DNA from: Chiloscyllium plagiosum
Lineage: Eukaryota
DNA: 64,000 bases
Assembly (NCBI RefSeq): GCF_004010195.1
Contig: NC_057723.1
Location: 15,832,355 to 15,896,354 of the forward strand
Direction: 5' to 3'
Part shown: positions 12,365 to 24,650 of the stretch, piece after piece
How the letters are laid out: every line of letters starts with the position of its first letter
Numbering within the stretch: position 1 is the stretch's first letter
The notes under the pieces: generated by a model
Database searches by the model: none
The model's input: the letters and a program-made list of their open reading frames with translations, nothing else
Told to the model about the DNA's origin: nothing
Program-made: the position numbers and the translations under genes

Positions 12365-14045
12365 TATCTATGAATGGACCTGGGTGTTCTTGTTTCCCAG
12401 TCCATTAACGGCAGGTACAGCAAGTAACTCTAGAGTTGTAATGAAGTTCCACTAGAAATTTTATCCTGAATAAAAGCCAGCAAGCAATTAGAAAGACAAA
12501 TTGTATGTTGGGCTTCACCGCAAGAGAATTTGAGCTCTAAAGTAGGCATGCCTTGCTGCAGTTATAGGGCACTTGGTGTGTTGTGTGTAGTTTTGGTCTG
12601 CCTACTTCAGAAAAGATATAGTTGCCATAGTATGTGTGCAGCAGAGGTTCATTCGGCTGATATGGAAAATGGCTGGATTGTCATGAGGGGAGATGTTCAA
12701 CTGGGCCAGTAACCATTGAAGTTTATCAGAATGAGGGGTTGATTGAAGTATAGAATTCTAACAGGGCTAATCAGATGAGATGCAGGGACAATGTTTCCAT
12801 TGGGTGGGGAGGCTAGAACCAGGGGTTACAGTCTCAGCATACAAGATAGGCCATTTAGGACTGAGATGGAGAACATTTCTTCATGCAAAGGGCGACCAAC
12901 CTGTACCACCGCAGAAGACTGTTAGAACTCTCGGTGATCCTTCATTATTTTTATTTTATTATTTTATCAAGTTTGCTTTGAAACTGAGCATCTTTGGACT
13001 GTGGTCCAAACGGGCACCACGTACGTTTTTTTGAAGAGGGAGATTAACAAACAAAGCTGCTGCTTGTTTGAGGCCAGACCTAGAATTTAATTGCAGCCTG
13101 GTTCTTGATCAAAAGGATTCCATCGTCTTTTCAACACTGGGGAAGAAGCACATTTAACCCGATAGCAGATGTTTGTCTGCTAATGGGGTCAATACCTGGG
13201 AATTGGCACCAACAAGTCGGGAAGGGAAAGTGATGGTCAAACAGAGGGTGAGAGTCAAAGTTTTGAACTGGATTTTGGACTATTTCTGTGAGGAGGATTT
13301 TGGCTGACATGTTTCAGCATGAAGATTAGGAAGCTCTCTGCCTAACCTCCCAGTATCAGCTTCTAAAGTTCAGAATAGAAACATGTTATGAGTCTCACTG
13401 ATATTGTTAGTGAACTGAAGAGGTGACCTTGATCAATATCAGAAAATCAACCAAGAAACAATCATCTATGCTTGTGCAACAATAGACAATGAAAGCTGCT
13501 TAAACTGGTCATTCTCGTTACTTTCTTTTATTTAGCCCTTAATTGTAAGTGATTGCTTGTCAGACAATCTTTTGTATGTGGGACTCCAAACAGAGGTTAT
13601 TGGGTTTAAATCATAAACATCAGTTCGATTACTTTGCTGTTTGAATTTGCTCTGTTAAAGATACTGTATTGTTAATAAGTTGCTAAGTTTTTTGTTTAAG
13701 CTACAAACCCAGGGTCAAGAACTTGGTATTCAGAGTCTGGGATTGATTGTGCAAACAAAATCTGGTTAGGAACCACATTCAATTTTGAGCGACTTGAAGT
13801 TTTACTGTGTTGCAAATATAGAAGAAGAGGGGCTGACTTGATTCAGCTGTTCATATCTGTGTTATAAAGCTGTGAAGGTTAAATCATTGAATATATTCAA
13901 GAAAGAGATTGATAAATTTTTTGATGTTAAAGGCATCAGCAGGTATGGAGAGAAACCAAGAGTATGGTATTGAGATAGAGAAATAGCTATGCTCATTGAA
14001 TGGTGCAGGAGACTGGCGGGCTGAATAGCATACTCCTGCTCCTAG
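12365..14045 (+). mobile_element. Old CR1 3' fragment split by an ~950-bp insertion
   Basis: CR1-like sequence ends ...ccaccgcagaagac at 12919 and resumes gctgtgaagg at ~13869, running to the 3' UTR tactcctgctcct. Confidence 0.65.
12920..13868. mobile_element. Possible solo LTR
   Basis: Sharp insertion into CR1; starts TGTTAGAA, ends GTTATAAA (near-inverted TGTTA...TAACA); no ORF; TSD unclear. Confidence 0.4.
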
Positions 14046-14291
14046 TTGATTAAATAATGCTATTATTTAAATGAAAGACTTACTCATTATTGTCTTCTGT
14101 CCTCTAGCTCTTTTCTCCCATTTGAGGGAAACATCTTTTCATCTCAAGTTCCTCAGGATCTTGTACAACCCTCATTCTTCTGAACTCCTATCAGTATAGG
14201 AGAAAGTGAGGTCTGCAGATGCTGGAGATCAAAGCTGAAAATGTGTTGCTGGAAAAGCGCAGCAGGTCAGGCAGCATCCAGGGAACAGGAG

Positions 14292-14327
14292 AATCGACGT
14301 TTCGGGCATAAGCCCTTCTTCAGGAAT
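14292..14327 (-). ncRNA. Minimal type I hammerhead ribozyme motif
   Basis: Reverse-complement copy of 14840-14875. Confidence 0.7.
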
Positions 14328-14589
14328 GAGGAAAGTTTGTCCAGCAGGCTAAGATAAAAGGTAGGGAGGAGGGACTTGGGGGAGGGGCGTCGGAAATGTG
14401 ATAGGTGGAAAGAGGTCAAGGTGAGGGTGATAGGTCAGACTGGGGTGGGGGCGGAGAGGTCGGGAAGAAGATTGCAGGTTAGGAAGGCGGTGCTGAATTC
14501 GATGGATTTGACTGAGACAAGGTGGGGGGAGGGGAAATGAGGAAACTGGTGAAACCCGAGTTCATCCCTTGTGGTTGGAGAGTTCCTAG

Positions 14590-14714
14590 NNNNNNNNNNN
14601 NNNNNNNNNNNNNNNNNNNNNNNNNNNNNNNNNNNNNNNNNNNNNNNNNNNNNNNNNNNNNNNNNNNNNNNNNNNNNNNNNNNNNNNNNNNNNNNNNNNN
14701 NNNNNNNNNNNNNN
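14590..14714. other. Assembly gap (N run)
   Basis: Run of Ns. Confidence 1.
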
Positions 14715-14839
14715 GCCCCCACCCCAGTCTGACCTATCACCCTCACCTTGACCTCTTTCCACCTATCACATTTCCGACGCCCCTCCCCCAAGTCCCTCCT
14801 CCCTACCTTTTATCTTAGCCTGCTGGACAAACTTTCCTC

Positions 14840-14875
14840 ATTCCTGAAGAAGGGCTTATGCCCGAAACGTCGATT
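14840..14875 (+). ncRNA. Minimal type I hammerhead ribozyme motif
   Basis: AUUC-CUGAAGA-A-GGGC-UUAU-GCCC-GAAAC-GUC-GAUU. Confidence 0.72.
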
Positions 14876-17874
14876 CTCCTGTTCCCTGGATGCTGCCTGA
14901 CCTGATGCGCTTTTCCAGCAACACATTTTCAGCTCCTATCAGTATAGGCCCAGTCTGTCCATTGTTTCTCATTAGAAAACCCTCTGGAATAGTAAAACAT
15001 CCCACTTTTATATTCTATAAATGACAACACTAACCTTCTTATTCATTTCCTGTACCTACATGCTAACCTCCAGTGATTTATATACTAGGACCCTAGCTTC
15101 CTCCATATCTCAAGTTCTGCAATTTCTCTCCATTTATATCATATGCTGCTTTTCTGCCACTTACACATTTACCCACATTACATTCCAACTGCTAATGTTT
15201 TTCCCTTTCACTTAATCTATCTATATCCCATTGCAGATTCCATATATCCTAAACTTTGTGTGACCAGCAAATTTAGCAGTCATACCTTTGATCCCATCCC
15301 CAAAATAATTGAGATAAATTGTGAAAAGTTGAGGCACCAGTACTGATCCATTTGGCATTCCATTCATTTTATCTTGCCAAACTGACAATGGCTTGTTTAT
15401 GCCTACTGTTCCTTGATAATCAGTTCTGAATCCAAGCTAACCCTCCACCACAAATTATTATTCTGTGAAGTGATTGTTGTTTAAGAGTTCATATTGGAGA
15501 CTGCACTAAGGTCCACCCAATCCGATGTCATACTGCATGGTTGGGAATAAGGCAGAACATTTTTAGATCCCATGGTTCGTTGACCATTTTTATTCATTTC
15601 GTGAGATGGTGGTATCACTGGCTATGCCCATTGTTCATTGCCTGAGAGCAGGCATTGGTGAACTGCCTTCTAGAACTGCCGCTGACATAGGTTTGTAGGG
15701 AACTCCTCAGTAGTGTTAGGGAGGATGTTACAGGATTTTGATCTGGTAACCACAAAAGGAGGCAAATGCAGTTCTAAGCTAGGATGGTGTGTAGCTTGAG
15801 GGGAGCTTGCAGGTACTGCATGCAGCTGCTGCCCTTGTCCTTCTAAGTGGTCAAGGCTTCCATCTTGGCCAGCTGACCCCAAACACTCAAGATACACTCA
15901 TAGGCAGTGAATACTCACACAACATGTCTGTGGAGGTTGGCATCAACATAGGCCATCCTCACCACATCATGGCACAGCTCTGACCCATATAAGATATAGT
16001 TAGCCACTTCAATACTGCTGTGACACCTAGCTGCTGCAAGGCTCCTTGGCGTGGAGGGATAGACACCCATCATGTGGATTGGAGCCACTCAGGGCTTTTT
16101 GCTTCTCTTTTTGAGGTTACTCATTTTGTGCCTACTAGGATGTTCATAGCAGCTCTGCCTTGCTTTGTATTTCTTTTCTAAGCTTTTGCATTGCCTGCTT
16201 TAGAATTTATAAACTCACAGTACTTCTGTTTTGACTTGTCTTTTAGCACAGACAGATAATCAGGCAACTAGTCATGCTAGTTAACAATAATCAATCAATG
16301 GGGTGGACATGTTGCTGCATGACATTGTGCTACATCAATGTCACATCGATGACAACTTTCACAGCAAACACCAGCATGTCTTTCAGCCAATAACACCCAT
16401 GAACTTCTATGAGGAAAGGTCCATGATCTGGTCAAGGGCGGGGGCTGCTGTCATCAGTCAGTGCAATGTCGGATCTATTTGGGGGTTGGACATGGTTATC
16501 TGACTGCTTAGGGGCAGTCAGGTGTTCAATATCATTACAGTGGAGAGTCAGCCACATTCATTCTTGCACATCCAGGGCAACAAATCTGAAGATTATCATT
16601 ATCAGCTGGAGAGAGGCACAAGCTCCACATTTCAATTAAAAATGAAAATGGCTACCATCACTCTCAGAATAGGTGGAATAAGTAGTGGTGTCTATTTGAT
16701 CATATGAGTTCTACATGAAAGTGATGTCAGGCCCTTCAAGGGGCAATTACATTAATCATACATTTACACAGTTCAAGTTAAAGATATCCATCTTCATAAA
16801 ATTCCACATAAAACATATGCACTGACCATTCTGAGTCACCTCAGTGAATCAGAAGTTACAACACATGACCTTTAAAAGTGTTACCTGTGGACCACAATTC
16901 ACAAAGGCAACCTGAAGTTTAATAGGCTGCACAAGGGCACAGAGCTCATTTGTTCTCACCTTGACCTATGTGCAGTGAAATGCAATGTTGTTTTTCTTAG
17001 GTGATGTAGGTAGTTGGAGTTCAGAGCATGGTTTTGGGAAATGAACCACATTTAAAACCTTCAAGATGGCTTGTGCTGTTGTGGAATATGGTCCATTTTG
17101 TCAGCTGTCCGTGTGGAATAATATCATGGCCCTCCTTGTTGGAATCATCAACATCCAGCTAAACCGTCATGTGAATGTTTGATGTGAATTCTGACTGCTC
17201 ACACTTACAAGAACCTGGTCTGTTTATGACCTTTCCCACACAGAAATATTGGCACTGTGGCCAAGGGTTCCAGCCACAGGGGCTGCAGTACAATAAAGGC
17301 ATAGGAAAATGGAAGAACAACAAATTTATTAGCATACCCTGGACTCAGCTTCCAAACAGCCTCTGCATGAAGTAGCAGCTCAATTTGATTTGAATTTTTT
17401 GGGGGGCACAGATTCCATGTCTTTCCCTCAGCATCTTTCTTCCTCACTAGAATATGTCTTTTCTGAGCGTTCAGAAATATTTCCTCATACCTTCCAATCA
17501 CAATGCTATCCTAGACTAAACTAAATGTCACGACATGTTGCATTAATAGAAGATAGTTGCATTGCAAAAACCCATCTCAGCGAAAAGGTTTGCAGGTGCT
17601 TTTCAACACTGAAATGGCAATTACATGGTTATATTCAATGGCCAAGGATGCACAACAGAGAAAATCTCGAATTACACAATGTACCATGAATATCAACAAT
17701 ACTCTTCCACTCAAGTGACCTGGTAGATGGCTCATAAAACTATGTAGAACAAGACATGAATATTGGCATAATAGCACAGGGGTTATTTACACAAGAAAGA
17801 AAGTTGTAATGGGAAATTTTAGGAAGAATATAAGAAGGATACAAATGGATTTGTGTGGGATGAAAGCAGGCAGT

Positions 17875-18300
17875 GTAGAGCCATACAGTCATACAGCAAG
17901 GAAACAGACCCTTAAATCCAACTTGTCCATGCTGACCAGATATCCTAATCTGACCTAATCCCATTTGCCAACGTTTGGCCCACATCCTTCTAAACCCTTC
18001 CTGTTCATATACCCTCCAGATCCCTTTTAAATGTTGCAATTATACCTGCCTCCACCACTTCCTCTGGCAGCTTGTTCCATCCACACCAGCAACGGCATGG
18101 AAAGTTACCCTACAGGTCCCACCTTAAACCTATACTCTCTAGGTTTGGACTTCCCCATCCTAGGAAAAGACCTAGGATATTGACCTTATCTGTGCCCCTC
18201 ATGATCTTATAAACCTCTGTAAAATGACCCTCAGTATCCAACACACTGAGAAAAAAAAAACGCAGCCTGTTCAGCCTCTCCCTTTGTCTCCAACCCTCAG
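17875..18300 (-). mobile_element. CR1/HER1-like LINE 3' end
   Basis: Minus-strand 3' UTR ggacaagttggatttaagggtctgtttcc, shared with HE1 SINE tails. Confidence 0.8.
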
Positions 18301-19589
18301 TAATGCATTAGTCTGCCGACAAATACCGTGTTCCAGTTTCAGTTCTATTAACTTCAATGCGATCAAAAATGAATCATGTCCAATACAGATCGCCAAAGAT
18401 GTTTCTGATTGTTTTTCATTTCTGTCCAAGTCCAACTCCACTCACAATACGTAAGACCTTTAACGTGAGAACAACAGTAAGCTCTCATATGAATCACTCT
18501 GCTCCTGAGACTCATAATTCAGTCTGCAATTTTCATTTGAAAATTCCATTAATATTTTAAAATCTCAACTTTTCTTTACCCATATTCTTCAGCTGTAGAA
18601 ATCTTCAACACAGAGAATTTTTGTTTCTATTTTCTCCCATTATTTCACCCAAATATTTTGCAGGTCCATTTTTTGCTGCAGGTTGCATGACACATGAATA
18701 CCAACCACATGGTTTTTAGTCAAGCATCTCTTCCCACCCACAGACATAATTGATTTTCTTCCATTATTAATCATCAAACATTCTCAGCTGTTGGAAACCT
18801 AATAGTGGGAGGCTTTAACAAAATATCCTGACCAGCATGGTGGAACGGATAATTTATGGTAAATCACTAATCACATTTATAGAGATACTATCATAAATCA
18901 TATAAAAAGCATCATCTAACACAATCTAATATATTCAGAAAGCTCAAGAAAGTTAAAGCCTTTCATCATCATCGTGGTGTATGTGTCATCGATTTTACTA
19001 TTACTCACTGCAGTAAGTATTCATAGATAACAATGCTGCAATGTTAATGTGCTGAGGAATTCATCCTCAAGACAGATGTGTTTATTTTTCAAACATCCAA
19101 TGTTGCATTCGCACAAGAAGGTATTGTAATGAAGACATCTGTAATGGTATTGCACAAAAGGTATTTGGAAATGAATTCAGTGACAGCAGGCCATGGGGAT
19201 GAAGAAGTACAATGGGTGTGTAAAAGTGATTGGTGAATCAATATTTAGTTTGGCAATATGTCAATTTCTTGCTTGCATAATATAAAGAATACATTGAGTC
19301 TAAAATCCATTTGAATGTGTTTTAAAACATGTTCCGTGATATATTTATACAGTATTGCAAAAGGAAGGCATGAAGCAGCATTTTTGGAAAATTGAACATT
19401 TCAGAGGGATGTCATTCACTGATGTGCAATGTGTATATCAGTGGCTTGCACACTCTTTCAGCAAAGCAAGTGAGTTATGCACCAAAGTTTGACATTTTAT
19501 TAACTGGTTTACAGGTGCATCTACTCTCTTGTAGAGTAGTTTTTTTATATGACATTGATAATTTAAAAAAAAGACACTTGTAGGTCATG

Positions 19590-20340
19590 GACCTTGTTGG
19601 TTAGCCAGCGTTTATTACCTGTCCCTAGCTGACTTTGAAAAGGTGTTGTTGAGCTGCCTTCTTTAACTGTAACAGTGCACATCTCTAGGTTGGCCTATAA
19701 TGCCTTTAAAAAGGCAATTCCAGAATTTTAACCCAGCAACAGTGAAGGAATAATGATATATTTCTGAGTCAGGATAGTGAGTGGCTTGGTGGGGAGCTGA
19801 TAGGTAGTGATGTTCCTGTGTATCTGCTACCCTTGACCTTCAAGATGGAAGCGGTCATGAGTTTGGAAGGTACTGTCTAGGAATATTTGGTGATGTTCTG
19901 CAGTGCATCTTGTAGACAGTAGTCATTGTTGCTACTGAGTGTCGGTGTTGGAGGGAGTAGACGCTTGTGAATGTGGCGCCAATCAAGCAAGCAGCTTTGT
20001 CCTGGATGGTGTCAAGCTTCTTGAGTTTTGTTGGAGCTGCATCCAACCAAGCAAGTTAGGAGTATTCAATCACACTTCTGACTTGTGTCTTGCAGATGGT
20101 GGACAGGCTTTGGGGATTCACAAGGTGAGTTGCTTGCCATTGACCTGCTCTTGTAGCTGCTGTGTTTATGTAGTGAGTCCTGTTGAGTTGCTGGTCAATG
20201 GTAACCACAAAGATGTTGATAGTGGGGATCCAGTCATAGCAATGCCATTGAATATCAAGGGGCACTGGTTAAATTGTGGTTAGAATGTATCTCAGTGGAG
20301 ATGGTCACTGCTTGTCATTTGTATCACACGGATGTTACCA
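19590..20340 (-). mobile_element. Old CR1/L2-type LINE 3' fragment
   Basis: ORF track: QSLSTICKTQVRSVIEYS and AAPTKLKKLDTIQDKAACLIG...SLQHRHSVA. Same family at ~15590-15855, 50990-51770 and 61650-62105. Confidence 0.8.
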
Positions 20341-20530
20341 TGGCTCATTTTGTGATAGTATCATGATTTTTGCCCATGTCCAACCTGAATTTCACGATAA
20401 CCGTAGTCATAAATATCAGCTTGCTGAAATGTAAGATCTGAATCACCTATATCCCTCAGAAAAAAAAAGTTGTATCTTTTGTTGAAGATTATTCTACCAC
20501 ATTAATCTCTTTGTGTGGAAAGATATTTAA

Positions 20531-20668
20531 TTCTGAGAAAGGGTCACTCAACCTGAAGCATTAACTCTGATTTTTCTGCACAGATGCTGCCAGACCTACT
20601 GAGCTTTTCCAGCAATTTTTGTTTTGTGTTTCTGATTTACAGCATCTGCAATTCTTTAAGTTTTCATT
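20531..20668 (+). mobile_element. PLE 3' fragment (family B), decayed hammerhead
   Basis: ttctgagaaagggtcactcaacctgaag...gatttacagcatctgca matches the right arm of 5792-6032. Confidence 0.7.
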
Positions 20669-21016
20669 AAATTTCTTGCTTTTCTGAAGCTATGTTCTAC
20701 ATCTGTACATTTTCTGAAAGTGACCTATTATGTGACAGGTAAAGCATTTATTTTATATAGTTGGTCACTGCCTGTGCCTGTGTTTATTTACTTTACAACC
20801 CACACGAGGGCCTTTAATATCTCATACTTGAGCTCCTGGCTGGATTGGTTTCTCACTTGTCATTTGCGATGATGTATTTTGGGAATTGAATAGACTCTGC
20901 TGATTTCATGTAGCAATGGTAATCTCCTGATGTCATGGTATTTTCAGTTAACTAGTACTCCAGAGAGATAATGCTCTGATGTCCTAGGTTTAAATCCTAT
21001 CATGACTGATGGTACA

Positions 21017-24000
21017 TAGATACACAGGATAGGCCATTGAGTCTGCTCCACTATTCAATATGATCATGGCTGATCCTGTAACTCAATGTCATATTTCTGC
21101 TTCCTTCCCTTAATTCGTGATGCCTTTGAAATCTAAAAGCTTACGTCTTTTGTGAATATATCCAGTGAGTTGGCCTCCAATAGCCTAATGTGGTAGACAA
21201 CTCCACAAGTTCGTGAACGTTTGAGTGAAAAAGGTTTTCCTTATCCCAGTCCTAAATGGCCTACCCCATACACTGAAATTGTGTTCCCTAGTTCCAGACT
21301 CCCCAACCAGGGATAACGTCCTCCCTGCATCTCATCTGTCCAACCCTTTTAAAATTTTATACATTGCAATCAGATCCCCTCTCATCCATTAAAACACTAG
21401 TAAATACAGGCTCAGTTGAACCAATCTCTCCTCATACGCCAGTCCTACCATCCCCAGTACAGCTGAGTGAACTTTTACTGCATTGCATCTCTGGGAAGTA
21501 TATCCTTTCTTCAGTAGGGACACTCTATACTCTAGGTGTTCTCACCAGGGCCCACTATAACTGTGTAAAACATCACTACTTCTCATGTCCAATCACCTGA
21601 CAATGAAGACCAATATACCACTTGCCTTCCTAATTACTTAGAACATCGAACAATACAGCTCCGAACAGACCATTCGGCTCTCGATGTTGAGCCGACCTGT
21701 GAACTAATCTAAGCCCATCCCCTTACACTATCCCATCATTATACATATGCTTATCCAAGGACTGTTTAAATGCCCCTAATGTGGCTGAATTAACTACATT
21801 GACAGACAGGGCATTCTGTGCCCTTACCACTCTCTGAGTAAAGAACCTGCCTCTGACATCTGTCTTAAATCTATTACTCCTCAATTTGTAGCTATGCCTC
21901 CTCGTACAAGCTGGTGTCATCATCCTAAGAAAAAGACTCAAACTGTCCATCCTATCTAATCCTCTGATCATCTTTTATGTCTCTATTAAATCCCCTCTTA
22001 ACCTTCTTCTTTCCAATGAGAACAGACCCAAGTTCCTCAGCTTTTCCTCATAAGACCTTCCGTCGAGACCGGGCAACAAGCTGATAAATCTCTACTGCAC
22101 CTCTTCCAATGCTTCCACATCTTTCCTGTGATGGGGTGGCCAGAACTATACACAATATTCCAAGTGAGGCCGCACTAGCATTTTGTACAGCTGCAACATG
22201 ACATCATGGCTCCAGAACTCAATCCCTCTGCCAATAAAACCTAACACACCATATACCTTCTTAACAGTACTATCAACCTGGGTAGAAACTTTCAGGGATC
22301 TACATACATGGACACCAAGATCCCTCTGCACATCTGCACTACCAAGAATCTTTCCATTGACCCAGTATTCTGCCTTTCTGTTATTCTTCCCAAAGTGAAT
22401 CACCTCACATTTATCTGCATTGAACTCCATTTGCACTTCTCAGCCCAATTCTGCAGTTTATCCAAGTTTCCCTGCAACCTGCAACATTTTTTCACATTGT
22501 CCACCACTCCACCGACTTCAGTGTCATCGAGAAACTTACTAACCCATCCACCTATGCTTGCATCCAAGTCATTTATAAAAATGACAAACAGCAGTGGTCC
22601 CAAAACAGATCCTTGTGACATTCCACTCGTAACCGGACTCCAGGCTGAATATTTTCCATCAACCACCACTCATTGCCTTCTTATAGAAAGCCAGTTTCTA
22701 ATCCAAACTGCTAAATCACCTTCAATCCCAGGCCTCCACATTTTCTCCAAAAGCCTACCATGTGGAACCTTATCAAAGGCTTTACTGAAGTCCATGTATA
22801 CCACATCAACTGCCCTACCCTCATCCACATGCTTGGTTACCTTCTCAAAAAACCCAATGAGGTTTGTGAGACAAAACCATGTTGACTATCTCCAATCAAA
22901 TTGTTGCTCAAATCCTATCTCTTATTCTCCTTTCCAAAATGTTTCCTACAATAGACTTAAGGCTCACTGGTCTACAATTACCTGGGTCATCTCTACAGCT
23001 CTTTTTGAACAAGGGCACAACATTTGCAATCCTCCAGTCCTCTGGTACTAAACCTGTCGACAATGTTGACTCAAATATCAAGGCCAAAGGCTCCGTCATC
23101 TCCTCCCTAGCTTCCCAGAGAATCCTCGGATAAATCCCATTCGGCCCAGGGGACTTATCTACTTTCACACCTTCTAGAATTGCTAACGCCTCCTCCTTAC
23201 TAACCTCATTCCTTTCTAATCTAATAACCCATATCCCAGTCTTCTTCTCTACAATATTCTCTTTTTCTTGGGTGATAACAGATGAGACATATTCGTTAAA
23301 CACCTCTCCAATCTCCACAGGGTCCACACACAACTTCCCACTTCTGTGTTTGACTTGCCCTATTTGTACCCTAGTCATCCTTTTATTCCTCACATACCTA
23401 TAGAAAGCTTCAGAGTTCTCTTTTAATCTACCTGCTAAAAACTGCTCATGTCCCATCCTTGCTCTCCTTAACTCTCTGTTTAAATCCTTCTTAGCTAATC
23501 TGAACCATCTCGTCTCAATGTCACATAAGCCTCCCTCTTCCGCTTAATAAGAGAGACAATTTCTTTAGTAAACCACAGTTCCCTTACCTTATCACTTCTT
23601 CCCTGCCTGATAGGGACATACCTATCAAGGACACGCAATATCTGTTCCTTAAATCAGCTCCACATTTATATTGTCTCCATCCCCTGCATTTTGCTACCCC
23701 ATTCTATGCCTCCTAGGTCTTGCCTAATCACATTATAATTGCCCTTCCTCCATCTTTAACTCTTGCCCTATCCCGTTCCATCGCTAAACTAAATGTAACC
23801 AAATTATGGTCACTCTCTCCAAAATGCTCACCCATGACTAAATCAAACACCTGGTGTGGTTGATTACCAATTACCAGATCCAGTGTGGCCTCCCCTCTTG
23901 TCGGCCCTTCGAGATATTATGTCAGGAAACCCTCCTGTACACATTGGACAAAAACTGATCCATCTGATGTGCTAGAGTTATAGCATTTCCAGTCAATGTT

Positions 24001-24650
24001 GGGGGAAGTTAAAGTCCCCCATAATGACTACCTTGTCCTTTCACTCCTACCCAGAATCATTTTGCCAATCCCCTCCTCCACATCCCTGGAACTTTGCAGA
24101 GGCCTATAAAAAACTCCCAGCAGTGTGACCTCTCCTCTCCTGTTTCTAACCTCAGCCCATACTACCTCAATAGATGAGTCCTCATCAAAAGTTCTTCCAG
24201 CCACCATTATAGTGTCCTTGACTAACAAAGCCACACCTCTCCCTCTTTTACCATCTTCCCTGATGTTAATGAAAGATCTTGCTGCATCTGTCTATTTATT
24301 TTCACTGACTGGTCTTTAAGGACATCCAGTTGCTTTTCTACATCGACATCTCACAATATACCACCATTAAATGAAACTCTTCCTTTCTGCTTTTCACACT
24401 AAAGTGTACAAATTCATATTTAGCCATGTTGTAGTATAGCTGTCATGTATTTACCCACACACTCAACTTGTCTCAATCAGTTGAAGCTTCCTTGCAGTCT
24501 GCTTACAAATCACAATCTCTCCCAGTTTTGTGTCATCAGCAAAATTTGAAAATGTTGTGTTTGGTTTGCTCATTCAGGTTGTCATGAATAGCTAGGGCCC
24601 AAACAGCTCACCTTGTGTACCCATCTAGTTACTGTCTGCCACTCAGTAAT
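21017..24650 (-). mobile_element. Older CR1 fragment hosting a nested younger CR1
   Basis: Host sequence cttcctaattact|tgctgcatctg is split at ~21638 / ~24279. Confidence 0.7.
21639..24278 (-). mobile_element. CR1/HER1-like LINE, 5' truncated; ORF2 endonuclease plus RT pseudogene
   Basis: EN: ALLVKD...EVVWAEV...LLGVFYRP. RT: KSPGPNGIYPRIL...DWRIANVVPLFKK, VTSGMSQGSVLGPLLFVIFINDLD, KFLDDT, LYKMLVRPHLEYCV. Frameshifts and stops throughout. Confidence 0.95.

Larger units (their letters stand above)
14201..14932. mobile_element. Young fold-back PLE spanning an assembly gap, perfect 16-bp TSD
   Basis: TSD ctcctatcagtatagg (14185-14200 / 14933-14948); right arm 14715-14932 is a near-perfect reverse complement of ~14231-14452; minus strand LGTLQPQGMN next to the gap. 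Confidence 0.92.

Noticed and set aside
22308-23051. 247-aa plus-strand ORF
   Set aside because: Antisense shadow of the CR1 RT on the minus strand.
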